Shown: positions 49,806 through 60,253, counted from the stretch's first letter. The stretch is 64,000 nucleotides of DNA from an uncultured Spirochaetota bacterium (GCA_963745235.1 CAVUXE010000044.1:64001-128000); one strand, 5' to 3'. The notes: generated from the letters alone by a model not told the origin. Numbers and translations are program-made.

Positions 49806-50671
49806 GGGGACCCCTTTTTCGAGCAGCTGGCGCAGAACCAGTCGATCAAATGTCGGGCAACGGTCATCGGTCCGGGGATTTCCGGCAGCGCGTCGGCGGT
49901 GTACCACTGCGCATCCTTGATCTCGACGCCGTCTACCTGGATTTCTCCGCCGGCATGTTCCGCGGTGAAGGCAATCATCAGGGAATGAGGGAACGGCCAG
50001 GGCTGGCTTGCGAAATACCGCAGGTTGGAGATTTCGATCCCGGTCTCCTCGCGTACCTCGCGGCGCACGCACTCCTCCAGAGTCTCCCCCGGCTCCACGT
50101 ACCCTGCCAGGACGCTGTGCAGGCCGTGCGGGAACCTCGCCGCGCGCGCAAGGAGGATCCGGTCCCCCCGCACCACGGCCATGATGACTGCCGGGGAAAT
50201 GCGGGGGTAGCTCAGGCCCCCACAGGCAGGGCATTCCCGCGCCCGCTCTCCCTTCTTCAGCGTTGTGCCCGTTCCGCACCTTCCGCAGAAGCGGTGGGAG
50301 AGGTCCCACTCCACGATCTCCAGCGCGCGCGCGGCGACCGCGAAGAAGGCGTAGGACATCCCGTCGAAGAGTGACCTCAGCCCTTCGAACCGAAAGCCCT
50401 CGGGAGCAGGGGTACCGAGGGAGATGCTCGCGGCCCTGCAGGCATGACCGTTCGCCGTCCCCAGGACATGGGTGCAGTCGCTTGAAAGCCCGATGGAGCC
50501 CAGGTCATTCGCCAACGGGATGCGCGTCTGTCCATTCCTGCTCTCAATGAGGATGGCGCTCCCCTGACACGCGAACCAGAAGGAGGATCCCGGGGCAGCC
50601 TGGTCGGGGTCGATCCCCGGCACAAAGCTCTCAAATGAGGAAAGCAGACCTGGCGGCTCATATTTGCCCAC
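49802..50671 (-). CDS. nudC: NAD(+) diphosphatase
   Basis: FCGRCG..CPAC Zn ribbon, YPRISPAVI, Nudix box GYVEPGE..REVREETG, SQPWPFP. Confidence 0.95.
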   Translation of the reverse strand: MGKYEPPGLLSSFESFVPGIDPDQAAPGSSFWFACQGSAILIESRNGQTRIPLANDLGSIGLSSDCTHVLGTANGHACRAASISLGTPAPEGFRFEGLRSLFDGMSYAFFAVAARALEIVEWDLSHRFCGRCGTGTTLKKGERARECPACGGLSYPRISPAVIMAVVRGDRILLARAARFPHGLHSVLAGYVEPGETLEECVRREVREETGIEISNLRYFASQPWPFPHSLMIAFTAEHAGGEIQVDGVEIKDAQWYTADALPEIPGPMTVARHLIDWFCASCSKKGSP

Positions 50672-50747
50672 CCCAGGACGTTAGCAGGAAAAGAGCCGAA
50701 AGGAAAGTGCGTCAGAAGGGATCAAATTGGGACTTTATAGTACTAAT

Positions 50748-50764
50748 TGTATCATAATGATACA
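50748..50764. promoter_or_regulatory. Palindromic upstream activator site (candidate sigma-54 enhancer)
   Basis: TGTATCA-TAA-TGATACA (TGT-N11-ACA) about 90 bp upstream of a -24/-12 element, with an AT-rich spacer. Confidence 0.55.
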
Positions 50765-50852
50765 TTTCTCAGCAAGTCCACTGAGAAACGTCAGATGCTC
50801 AAGAGTAGTCTAATTATTTACAGGTCATATAGTTATTCATCAGAATCTTCAC

Positions 50853-50869
50853 TTGGCATGATTCATGCA
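50853..50869 (+). promoter_or_regulatory. Sigma-54 (-24/-12) promoter of hsp20
   Basis: TTGGCATGATTCATGCA: GG and GC separated by 10 nt. Confidence 0.65.
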
Positions 50870-50911
50870 GCGTATATGTCGAGATTCATGAAAGCAATTA
50901 GGAGGTACGAT

Positions 50912-51337
50912 ATGAACCTGATCCGTTATTCACCGAGCTCGCTGGATCTGCTGGACAACGTTTCCAGCTGGTTCGACGACATGTTCGTGGGGCCGGTATT
51001 CGGCAAGTCGACTGTTCCTGCGGTTGACGTGAAGGAGACCGACTCCGAGTTCCTCATGGAGGTCGAGCTGCCGGGGCTGTCCGAGAAGGACGTCGAGGTG
51101 AAGCTGGACAACAACCTGCTCACCATTTCCTCCCGCAAGGAAGACAAGAAGGAGGAGAAGAAGAACGGCTATATCATGCGCGAGCGCAGGTCGGCCAGCT
51201 TCAGCAGGAGCTTTGTTCTTCCCGAGGGGATCGACAGGGAAAAGATTGCCGCGGAGTTCAAGGACGGCGTCCTCAACCTGAGCTTCCCCAAGACACCGGC
51301 TGCGAAACCCAAGACCATCGAAGTAAAAAAGAGCTGA
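50912..51337 (+). CDS. Hsp20/alpha-crystallin small heat-shock protein
   Basis: PAVDVKET, ELPGL, ERRSASFSRSFVLP, AEFKDGVL; AGGAGG RBS. Confidence 0.95.
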   Translation: MNLIRYSPSSLDLLDNVSSWFDDMFVGPVFGKSTVPAVDVKETDSEFLMEVELPGLSEKDVEVKLDNNLLTISSRKEDKKEEKKNGYIMRERRSASFSRSFVLPEGIDREKIAAEFKDGVLNLSFPKTPAAKPKTIEVKKS

Positions 51338-51391
51338 CAGATCGATTCGTCGGGGGGGCTTGCAGGGCAGCCCTCCTCAAAAAAAGTGTTC

Positions 51392-51428
51392 AAGCCGCTC
51401 GTGGCCGACGAGGCACGAGCGGCTTTTT
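51392..51428 (+). terminator. Rho-independent terminator between convergent genes
   Basis: AAGCCGCTCGTG...CACGAGCGGCTT hairpin followed by a T-run. Confidence 0.75.
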
Positions 51429-52947
51429 CTATTTCACGAACGTCAGGAACTTCGCGTACGCCTTTTCCCAGGTGTCCCGATCCCGCGGAGCGAACTCGCG
51501 GATGGGGAACGCGGCGCGGATCATGGCCTTGGCCTCGGAAAGCTTCTGGATGATCCCCAGCCCCATTGCCTGGACCATCGCATTGCCCACGGCCGTCGCT
51601 TCTTCGGGGCCGGCCACCACCTTCATCCCGCACGCATTCGCGGCCAGCTGGTTGAGAAAGGCGTTTTTCGATCCGCCGCCCACGATATGGATGACGGAAT
51701 TGGCCTTCCCGCTCGCCGCGCTGATCTGCTCCGCCACCTGCCCGGTACTTCAGCGCGAGGCTTTCGTAGACCACACGGAGCGTGGTACCCCTGTCTCGCG
51801 GCGGCTCCTGCCCCGTGCGGCGGCAGAAGGCCACAATTGCCTCTTCCATGTTCGACGGGTTGTAGAAACCGGGGTCATCGGGATCGATGAAAGCCGAAAG
51901 CGGAGTCCCCTTCTCCGTCAGGCGGTTCATCTCTTCCCAGTCCAGCTCTTTGCCGTCGCGCGTCCGCCACGCGCGGCGCAGCTCCTGGACCAGCCATGTG
52001 CCCATGCAGTTCTTCAGGAGCCGGATGTTGCCGATCCCTCCCTCGTTGCTGATGTTGAACGCCATCGCCTCGTCCGTCGTGATGGGCTTGCGCACCAGCT
52101 TGCCGACCAGGGACCAGGTCCCCGAGCTGATGATGAGCGCATTCGCCGGGTTCCCGACAGGCGCCGCGGCGTAGGCGCTGGCCGTATCATGGGAGCCGAC
52201 CGCGACGATCCGGGCCCGGTTGAGGCCCAACGCGCTGGCCAGCTCCGCCCGCAGCTCTCCGATCACTGCTCCGGGGGCCACGATCTCCGGCATCAGCCAC
52301 GCGGGAATCCCCAGGGCACGAAGGATCTCGCGGCTCCACTTGCGCTTCTTGGAATCCATGAGCTGCGTCACGCTGGCCCACGAAGAATCGATGGCCGTCA
52401 CCCCGCCGAGGTAGTAGGTGAAGAGCGTCGTCACGGGGAAGAACCGCACACCCTTCTTCACGAGCCCGGCCCTGTTCTGCATGAGCCAGAGAAGCTGGTT
52501 CGACACGTTGAAGGGCTGAAAATGGATGCCGGTGATCTGGTAGACGCGCCGCGTGTCCACCCGGGATTTCAGCTCCGCCACCATGCCGTCCAGCCGGTGG
52601 TCACGGTAGCTGTACATGTGCCCCAGCGTGACCCCATCTTCGGTGACCAGGGTGCCGTCCGTTCCCCAGGCGTCCAGTCCGAGCGAATCAGCCTTTTCCC
52701 CCACCTCGCGCCGATAAGCCCGAAGCCCCTGCAGGATCTGGGCGTAGATATACAGCTCGTCCCAGAAGGTGCGCTCCTCCACCTTGCCGGACCGATCCGT
52801 CATGTAGACGGTTGTCGCCTCATGGCTGAAGCGATGGACTTCCCGCAGGGCGAATCCCTTCCCGTCGAACGTCCCGGCAAAGCACTTCCCGCCGGAAGCC
52901 CCGATATCGACCGCAATGACTTTTGCGCTTTTCTCCACCCCATTCAT
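51429..52947 (-). CDS. Rhamnulokinase-like FGGY sugar kinase; frameshift near 51742
   Basis: AVDIGASGG, DAWGTD, YRDHR, GSHDTASA, SSGTWSL, NEGG, IVGGGSKN, GPEEATAVGN. Confidence 0.88.
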
Positions 52948-53025
52948 AGCCAGCACCGTATCACCGGGACCGAGGAGAGGCAAGCTTGACCCTGGATCAC
53001 GCGGCAGCTACGTTGACTCGATATC

Positions 53026-53592
53026 ATGGCCACGATATTCAACCGGCTCGCGGAGTCGATCAGCTCCACCTGGAGGCTTCTCTCGGACACCACCAACTTT
53101 CTCAGCAGGATGAAGCTGCTGGACCAGTACGAGACGGAGCTCAGGAGCTGGCGCGAACGGCTCTTGCGCAACCGCAACAACTCGCAGATGGTGCGGGAGA
53201 TCCGGGAGGATATCGTGGCCCTCCGCACGCTCCTGCGCTCCCGGGGGTATGACCTTCGCCTGGGGTCCAAGGACGTCATGATCGAGGGATGGAGACACGA
53301 CGACGCCATGGGGGAAGGGTTTCGACGCATCGTGCTGGGCCTCGCGGAGGACGACGTGTACTACGTGGCGGGAGATGCCAACCACAACGAGCTTGCGGAG
53401 GCGCTGGAGAGCCAGTGCCGCTCCCGGCGCAGGTGCAAGCCATACGCCCTGCACTGCCTCTGGTACCGCTGGCGCAGCGACCTCCTGGTGCTTTCCGGCG
53501 CCGCGTCGGAGACAGCGGAGCAGTTCGAGGAGTTTCGCCGCTACTTCCAGGCAAACAAAGAGCTTCTCCTGAGGAAGCTCTCCCGGCTGTAA
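53026..53592 (+). CDS. Hypothetical protein (188 aa)
   Basis: Good codon bias; TTGACC-N17-TACGTT promoter upstream. Confidence 0.7.
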   Translation: MATIFNRLAESISSTWRLLSDTTNFLSRMKLLDQYETELRSWRERLLRNRNNSQMVREIREDIVALRTLLRSRGYDLRLGSKDVMIEGWRHDDAMGEGFRRIVLGLAEDDVYYVAGDANHNELAEALESQCRSRRRCKPYALHCLWYRWRSDLLVLSGAASETAEQFEEFRRYFQANKELLLRKLSRL

Positions 53593-53594
53593 GG

Positions 53595-54539
53595 CTACTT
53601 CGGCTGGTGGTCGGGACAGAAGGTATGGGAAAAAAGCATCCCGGTCCTGCGCGCCACGTAGTCTGCCAGGGAGACCCATTCCTCCTGCGAACCGTTTGCC
53701 ACGCGAATGCGCCGGCAGACAGAGCAGATGGGAAGGATGTGCTCCACCTGGCGCGCCAGGTCCCTCAGCATCACCAGCTCCGTGACGTCCCGGGCTATTC
53801 CCTGGGTGCCCTGTGAGCCCTCCGGCAGGTCTCCGCCGGGGCCGCCGGGGACGCGCGGACCCAGGCCGAAAGAGCTGAGGGAGACATAGACGAAATCCAG
53901 GTCGTACTGCCGCGGCGCGCCGGCCTTTGTGGAGAGCCTGATCTGCAGGTTCCTCGTTGCTCGCTGGGACCTTCGACGCTCCCGCAGCGGCCAGTACGCA
54001 ACCTGCCTGTCATCAGGGTGCACGATGTCCACCAGCTCCCTCCCCAGGAGCTCTGCCTTCGAATACCCCAGGAGAGACTCCACGGTGTCGTTGATGAAGA
54101 TGGTCCGGCCGGCAGCGTCCAGGACGTAGATGATGGCCGGGGAATGCTCGACAAGGCCCTGGTACAGGACGTCCATCCTGTCCAACTCCTCCTGGAGCTG
54201 GACCTTGATGGTCGTGTCGCGAAAGACGAGCAGCCACCCGGAAAGCTTCCCCATGTCGTAGCGGGGGACGGAGATGAGCTCGGTCGGGATCTCCATGCCG
54301 AATGTGGTCTGCAACCGAATGGGGAGCCCCGGAAGGATGGAGCCTGTCCGCTCGATTGAGAATATCGCCTGCAGCTCCTTCTGGGACACGGGTGCTATGA
54401 TGGAGTCCAGGTGGTACCCGATCACGTCGTCCTGGCGGAAGCCCGTCACTTCCTCTGCGGCCTTGTTCCAGAAGAGGAGCACCCCTTCCTCGTCGCAAAG
54501 GGCAACCATCTCCTGGAGCTCATCAGCGTCAATGTTCAA
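53595..54539 (-). CDS. Double PAS-domain protein with C-terminal Cys/His Zn-binding-like tail
   Basis: WNKAAEEVTGF, LLGYSKAELLG..VHPDD, ARDVTE; LPICSVCRRIR..FSHTFCPDH. Confidence 0.82.
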   Translation of the reverse strand: MNIDADELQEMVALCDEEGVLLFWNKAAEEVTGFRQDDVIGYHLDSIIAPVSQKELQAIFSIERTGSILPGLPIRLQTTFGMEIPTELISVPRYDMGKLSGWLLVFRDTTIKVQLQEELDRMDVLYQGLVEHSPAIIYVLDAAGRTIFINDTVESLLGYSKAELLGRELVDIVHPDDRQVAYWPLRERRRSQRATRNLQIRLSTKAGAPRQYDLDFVYVSLSSFGLGPRVPGGPGGDLPEGSQGTQGIARDVTELVMLRDLARQVEHILPICSVCRRIRVANGSQEEWVSLADYVARRTGMLFSHTFCPDHQPK

Positions 54540-54563
54540 AGGGTGTCCCCGGGTGCCTTGCTC

Positions 54564-55589
54564 TCAATCCTGCACCGTGATCATGACCTTCATGGCCTGT
54601 TCGCGGTTGGCATCGATATACTCATATGCCTTCTTGTAGTCCGCGAACGCGAAATGATTGGTCACAAGCGGAGCGAGCTTCACCCTCTGCGAGCCGATCA
54701 GCTCGATTGCTTTCTTCCAGTCAGGCTCCTGGTACATGAGGGTCCCGATGAGGCGAAGCTCTCTATCCTGGACGGTGCCCATGTCCACCTGCGGCTTGTC
54801 CCCGAACACTCCGACAACCACGATGTCCGTCCCCTTGCGCGCCACGGAGATTGCCTGGGATATCGTCGGGCCCGCCCCCACGCATTCCAGGATGAGGTCC
54901 GCCTTCTCCTCCCCGAAGCTGTCCCGGATCCGGGCTGACAGGTCTTCCCTGGCAGTGTTCACCGCGAAATCCACCCCGCACTCCCGGGCGAGCCCGAGAC
55001 GGTAGTCTGACACATCGGTGATCATCACCTGTGCCGCGCCCATGCCGCGCGCCACCTGCGACGTGAGATTGCCAATAGGCCCCGCCCCCAGGATGAGCAC
55101 CTTTCTCCCTTTCACGCCGCCGCCGCGCGTGACTGCATGCACGCCGACCGCCGTGGGCTCCACCATCGCACCGTGGTCGTAGCTGGTGCCGGACGGGAGC
55201 TTCAAGACCAGCCGCGCGTCCAGCGCGAAAAGCTCGGATCCGGCCCCCGTGGTCTGAAAACCCATGACCTTCAGGTTGTCGCAGATATGGTAGGCGCCGT
55301 GGGTGCAGGAGTAGCATTTTCCGCACGTCACCTGCGGCTGGAAAGTGGCGGGATCCCCGGTCCTGAGACCCTTCACTCCCGGGCCAAGCTTTTCAACGAC
55401 TCCCGAAACCTCGTGCCCCTGCACGACAGGGTATGGGGTCAAGGCATGTTTTCCGTGATAGACGTGGATATCCGACCCGCAGACGCCGATGCGTTTGATG
55501 CGCAGGAGGACCTGCCCCGGGCCCGGCTCAGGGGCCGGCACGTCCCTGAACTCGATGACCCCGGGAGAAGTCATGACGGCCTGTTTCAT
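54564..55589 (-). CDS. Zinc-binding alcohol/polyol dehydrogenase (MDR family)
   Basis: GVCGSDIH, GHE, CGKCYSC..C, GAGPIG. Confidence 0.92.
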   Translation of the reverse strand: MKQAVMTSPGVIEFRDVPAPEPGPGQVLLRIKRIGVCGSDIHVYHGKHALTPYPVVQGHEVSGVVEKLGPGVKGLRTGDPATFQPQVTCGKCYSCTHGAYHICDNLKVMGFQTTGAGSELFALDARLVLKLPSGTSYDHGAMVEPTAVGVHAVTRGGGVKGRKVLILGAGPIGNLTSQVARGMGAAQVMITDVSDYRLGLARECGVDFAVNTAREDLSARIRDSFGEEKADLILECVGAGPTISQAISVARKGTDIVVVGVFGDKPQVDMGTVQDRELRLIGTLMYQEPDWKKAIELIGSQRVKLAPLVTNHFAFADYKKAYEYIDANREQAMKVMITVQD

Positions 55590-55833
55590 CCAACCCTCCG
55601 TGTGTTTCCGATTATGGACGGGTGCCCGGGTTTGTCAAGGTTGGGCATTCATTCGAGCTCCCGGCACGCGCTGGCCCCTGTGTCCGGGTATTGTCCGGGA
55701 GGCGGTCTTTTTGTAAAATCGTGCTATTCGTACAAAAGGCGCGACAAACGGACAACCGCTCGGGGTAGACCTTGCCCTCCTCAAGCGGCTGGGGACCGAG
55801 TACCAGGCCTCCACGGGGCTTCCCCTTCTCCTG

Positions 55834-57006
55834 GTGGACGCCCGGGGCCGTGCCCTCTGGAGCCTCCGGGGATGTCCCCTGTGCGCGCGGCTGTCCTCCT
55901 CCCGCCGGCAGGAGGAGCTCTGCGGCGACCACGAGCGGCGCTCCGTGGAAGAGTCTCTTCGCTGGGGAGAGCCCTACATCTCGGTCTGTCCCTTCGGCCT
56001 GGTCACCTTTGCCGTCCCCCTGTCCCGTGACAAGAAGCTCGTCGCCGGACTCGTCAGCGGTTTCTGCATCTTTCCGCAGATGCAGAAGGATATCCGGGAG
56101 GATGTCCTGCGCGGCATTCGTCGGTTCCGCCTGCGCACCCGCGTTGGTCCCCGCTCGCGACTGTCCTTCCCCGTTGTTCCGTCGGACATCCTTCGCCGCA
56201 ACGCGGCACTCCTGTTCGACCTGACGGGCAGGTACGGCGCCAACGACCTGGAGATGATCCACGAGAGCCGGGAGCGCAGCATCCAGCAGTTCACGATTGC
56301 GAACTTCCTGGAAGATGCGCGAAAGGAAAAGCAGGACCTCGTGTCCTCGCTCGTCCGGATGCAGAACGAGATCATCGACAAGGTCGTGCTGGGAGACCTC
56401 AGCGGCTCCCGGGAGATCATCAACAGGTACCTGGGCGCCATCCTCCTGGAGACCGGCATGAACTTCAACCGGCTGAAAGTCCGGCTGCTGGAGCTGATCG
56501 TCATCATCTCCCGCGCGGCCATTGAGAAGGGCATCAGCGCGGAAGGGCTCCTCGGCCCGCGCTATTCCTTCCTCACGGACATCAATGCGGCAGAGAACTT
56601 CGATGACCTGTTCTGGAAAGTCACCAAGGTGCTTGAGAACTTCAATCGGACCGTGCTGGAGGAGATCGGCCGCAAGGCCTGGGCGCACATGACCAGGATG
56701 AAGGACCATGTGCAGAAACATTTCACGGAGAAGGTCTCCGCCGCGGAGGTAGCCGCCGTGGCCGGACTGAGCGTCAGCCGCGCGCTGCACCTGTTTCACA
56801 CGGAGAGCGGGATGTCCCTCTCGGCTTTCATCGCGAGGCGCAGGATCGACTTCGCAAAATACCTGCTTTCCAACACGGACCGAAGCATCGCGGCAATCGC
56901 GACGGACTGCGGCTTTTTCGACCAGAGCCATTTCTCCCGGACGTTTGCCTCGCTGGAGGGGCTGCCGCCTCTGAGGTATCGGACACGCACCCGGGGGTCA
57001 GGCTGA
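55834..57006 (+). CDS. PocR-domain AraC-family regulator (true start probably upstream, near 55720-55770)
   Basis: GCPLC, GEPYISVCPFGL (PocR); CGFFDQSHFSRTF..PLRYR (AraC HTH); frame stays open upstream. Confidence 0.85.
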   Translation: MDARGRALWSLRGCPLCARLSSSRRQEELCGDHERRSVEESLRWGEPYISVCPFGLVTFAVPLSRDKKLVAGLVSGFCIFPQMQKDIREDVLRGIRRFRLRTRVGPRSRLSFPVVPSDILRRNAALLFDLTGRYGANDLEMIHESRERSIQQFTIANFLEDARKEKQDLVSSLVRMQNEIIDKVVLGDLSGSREIINRYLGAILLETGMNFNRLKVRLLELIVIISRAAIEKGISAEGLLGPRYSFLTDINAAENFDDLFWKVTKVLENFNRTVLEEIGRKAWAHMTRMKDHVQKHFTEKVSAAEVAAVAGLSVSRALHLFHTESGMSLSAFIARRRIDFAKYLLSNTDRSIAAIATDCGFFDQSHFSRTFASLEGLPPLRYRTRTRGSG

Positions 57007-57015
57007 GAGCCGGCG

Positions 57016-58123
57016 TCAGATTGACGGCGTGTTTGCCAGGCCTCCCTCGACGTCATGCCGCTCCCGGGCCAGCTCGAATGAGCCTGTCGATCAGCTCCCG
57101 GTAGGAGAGACCGCTTGCCTCCCAGAGCTTGGGGTACATGCTGATTTTCGTGAAGCCCGGGATGGTGTTGATCTCGTTGACGAGCACCTCCCCGGTGTCG
57201 CGAACGAACATGTCCACCCTTGCCATCCCCTCACAGCAGAGGACCTTGAATGCTTCAACCGCCAGGCCGCGCACGCGGTCGCTTGTTGCCGGATCCAGCG
57301 CGGCGGGGATCACGAGCTCGGCGCCGTTCTCATCGATGTACTTCGCTTCGTAGTCGTAAAAATGGTGGCCGCCGCGCGTGCGAATTTCCCCGGGGAGGGA
57401 AGCGAGGGGCTCGGCGTTCCCGAGGACCGCGCACTCCACCTCCCTGCCGACAATACATTCCTCGAGGATTACCTTCGTGTCGTAACGGAACGCCTCGGTG
57501 ACCGCTCGCTCGTAATCTCCGGGCGATTCGACCTTGCTGACTCCGACAGATGAGCCCAGGTTCGCCGGCTTCACGAATACCGGCGCGCCCAGGGAGCCCG
57601 TTGCCGCCTCATAACCGACGCGGGGCTCTCCCCTGCGCATCACGAGAAACCGGGGGATGGGTATCCCGGCGTCCCGCAAGAGCCGTTTCATCACGTCCTT
57701 ATCCATTCCGACGGCGGAGCCGAGGATACCGGCGCCCACGCAGGGGAGGTTCGCCAGCTTGCACAACCCCTGGACGGACCCGTCCTCTCCGTATGGCCCG
57801 TGGAGCACCGGAAAGACAACGTCGATCTGTGATGACTCTCCACCCGGTGAGAGGCTCAGGAGGCTGCTATCCTGCCCGCGCGCCACCAGGGCCACCTCGG
57901 CGGATCCCGAAGCGGATACGCTGGGCAGGGGATGGGAAGCATCGAAAAGCAGGCGCGCTTGTTCCTGCCGGTACCATCGCCCTTCCCGGTCGATGCCAAT
58001 GAGGATGGGCTCGTACTTCCCAGGGTCCAGGGCCTCCAGCACGTTCTTCGCGGATTGCAGTGAGACCTCGTGCTCGGCGGACCTTCCTCCGAATACCACG
58101 GCAACTCTGACTTTCCTCGCCAT
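57016..58123 (-). CDS. ddl: D-alanine--D-alanine ligase; frameshift near 57077
   Basis: GGRSAEHEVSLQS, LHGPYGEDG, MDKDVMK, KPANLGSSVG, FYDYEAKY, NEINTIPGFT. Confidence 0.95.
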
Positions 58124-58135
58124 GGGCGCAGGGTA

Positions 58136-58241
58136 CGCGCCGGGCCGCCGCCTGTCCACCGGGTGCGATGCGCGCCGGGCCGCCGCCCGTCCATCGGGCG
58201 CGGTGCACGCCGGGCCGCCGCCCCGTCCATCGGGTGCGGTG
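58136..58241. repeat. Three-copy 35-36 bp GC-rich tandem repeat between divergent genes
   Basis: Units at 58136, 58171 and 58206; consensus CGCGCCGGGCCGCCGCCYGTCCAYCGGGYGCGRTG. Confidence 0.85.
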
Positions 58242-58281
58242 CGCCCTTGCCTCGGTCTCCACCCTCCCGTACCCTTTTGGC

Positions 58282-59079
58282 ATGGAAATCGAGGTCCGCT
58301 TCGAGCACGTTTCCTTTCGATACGAGGAATCACGGCTCGGGGAGAAGGTCTTCATGGACGTTACGCTGGACCTGCCTCCCGGGGTGATTTCCCTGGTCGG
58401 ACAGAACGGCGCGGGGAAGACCACCTTCCTCCTGCTGGCCGGCGGCGTCCTGCTTCCGGACCAGGGGAAGGTGTTCCTCCGCGGGATTGACACCGCCGAT
58501 CTTCGCGACGAGGAGAGGCGCCATCGCCTGGCATCGATCGTCTACCAGAATCTCGAGTTTGAAACAGAGAAGACCATCGGCGAGCTCCTGCACGAGGTGC
58601 ATTCCACCGGGTTCCATGAGCGCAAGAGCGAGAACCTGGTGACAGAGCTGACAGAGGTCTTCGAGCTTGCCCCGTTTCTCGGCCGCAGGACGCAGGAGGT
58701 GAGCAAGGGGGAGCTCCAGCGCACCATCGTCGCGTTCAGTCTCCTTTACGGATCCCCCATCCTCCTGATGGATGAGCCGATTTTCGCGCTGGAGGATGCG
58801 CAGAAGGAACGAGTGATGAAATACCTGTGCGACTTCGCGCGCGCCAACGGCCTGTGCCTCCTGTATTCCCTGCACGAGCTTGACCTCTCCGAGCGCTATT
58901 CCGATTTCCTGCTCCTGTTTCCGCCGGACGGCCGCCCCCAGCTTGGCCGCACGCGGGAGATGTTCACCCGGGAAAAAATCGAAGAGGCCTACCAGGTCCC
59001 CTTCGTCATGCTGCGGCACAAGGAAGAGGTCTTCCGCCAGCGGCTTATCGACGCGGACCGCGCGCGCCGCGGACCATAG
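58282..59079 (+). CDS. Orphan ABC ATP-binding protein
   Basis: GQNGAGKTT, variant signature VSKGE, LLMDEP, SLHE. Confidence 0.85.
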   Translation: MEIEVRFEHVSFRYEESRLGEKVFMDVTLDLPPGVISLVGQNGAGKTTFLLLAGGVLLPDQGKVFLRGIDTADLRDEERRHRLASIVYQNLEFETEKTIGELLHEVHSTGFHERKSENLVTELTEVFELAPFLGRRTQEVSKGELQRTIVAFSLLYGSPILLMDEPIFALEDAQKERVMKYLCDFARANGLCLLYSLHELDLSERYSDFLLLFPPDGRPQLGRTREMFTREKIEEAYQVPFVMLRHKEEVFRQRLIDADRARRGP

Positions 59080-59091
59080 GGGAGACGGAGA

Positions 59092-59748
59092 ATGCCGCTT
59101 GAAAGGCCGCTCGTCCTTGCTCACCGCGGGGTGCACGGCGTGCACCGGGAAAACTCGCTTGCCGCTTTCAAGGCCGCCTACGTGGGCGGAGCGGACGGAA
59201 TCGAATGCGACGTCCAGAAAGCGGGGGACGGCGAATACGTCATTGTTCACGACCCTCCTCCTGCGCCCCCGGGCTCGCCTTCCCTGGACTCCATGCTCGC
59301 CTCACTGCCCCGCGGGGCCTTTCTCAACCTCGAGCTGAAAGCGGATACGCTGCTGCCGTCGGATTGCGCGCCGATCTACGAGGCCCTCCAGCGCCGCGCG
59401 ACCCCCGGTCCCGTCCTTGTCTCCTCTTTCGAGCCTGCGCTCCTCCCCTATTTCAAGTCGCGGGACATTCCCATCGGGCTTCTCATTGGGGAGGAGGCGG
59501 CAAAGATGGGAATGGCGGGCATGGCGCGGGAGATCTGGAGGCTCAAGCCTGATTATCTCAACCTGCCGATACTCATGTTTGAGATGCTCGGCAGGCGCAG
59601 GGCGCTCCTCCTGACACGTGCGATGCGGGCACTCGGTTTTTCCCTGGCGTTCTGGACTGTCAACAGTCTGGAGGAGGCCGCCATGGTGGCGAAGCTGGCA
59701 CGGATAATCATCACGGATGAGGTTGAAAGCATCAGGGGTATGGTGTGA
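59092..59748 (+). CDS. Glycerophosphodiester phosphodiesterase family protein
   Basis: LAHRG, ENSLAAF, IECDV, VHD, NLELK, SSF, WTVN, IITD. Confidence 0.9.
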   Translation: MPLERPLVLAHRGVHGVHRENSLAAFKAAYVGGADGIECDVQKAGDGEYVIVHDPPPAPPGSPSLDSMLASLPRGAFLNLELKADTLLPSDCAPIYEALQRRATPGPVLVSSFEPALLPYFKSRDIPIGLLIGEEAAKMGMAGMAREIWRLKPDYLNLPILMFEMLGRRRALLLTRAMRALGFSLAFWTVNSLEEAAMVAKLARIIITDEVESIRGMV

Positions 59749-59848
59749 CTGGGGACTGGTGGTGCTGCATGCGATGCGCACTCTGCGCCGACACGATATG
59801 ATTGTAGGAAGGAGCGCCCACGCACATGCGTAGTTCAAGGACGGCCCT

Positions 59849-60253
59849 ATGAAGACTGATTCCCTGAAGGTGTCCGCGGTGATCCCAGCCGCCCGGGAGG
59901 CCGTCTACAAGGCATGGCTGAACGACAAGGAGCACGGCGCCATGACCGACACTCCTGCCGCGAAGATCTCTGCCCGTGTGGGCGGCAAGTTCACGGCGGG
60001 AGGCGGCTACATGTGGGGCAAGACCCTGGAGCTGGATCCCCCGAGGAGAATCGTGCAGTCCTGGCGCACAACTGAGTTTCCCGAAGAAGCGCCGGACTCC
60101 CGCCTTGAGATCGACCTGGAAGAAGCGCGGGGCGGCACGAGAATAACCATAACGCAGACGGAAATCCCCTCCGGCCAGGGAGAGAGCTACCGGCAGGGCT
60201 GGATCGACTACTACTTCACCCCGATGAAGAAGTACTTTTCGCGAAAGGAATAG
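59849..60253 (+). CDS. SRPBCC/AHSA1-like domain protein
   Basis: VYKAWL, VGGKF, RIVQSWR, GWIDYYF. Confidence 0.88.
   Translation: MKTDSLKVSAVIPAAREAVYKAWLNDKEHGAMTDTPAAKISARVGGKFTAGGGYMWGKTLELDPPRRIVQSWRTTEFPEEAPDSRLEIDLEEARGGTRITITQTEIPSGQGESYRQGWIDYYFTPMKKYFSRKE

Noticed and set aside
58136-58241. Possible CRISPR array
   Set aside because: The units are contiguous with no spacers, and no cas genes are present.
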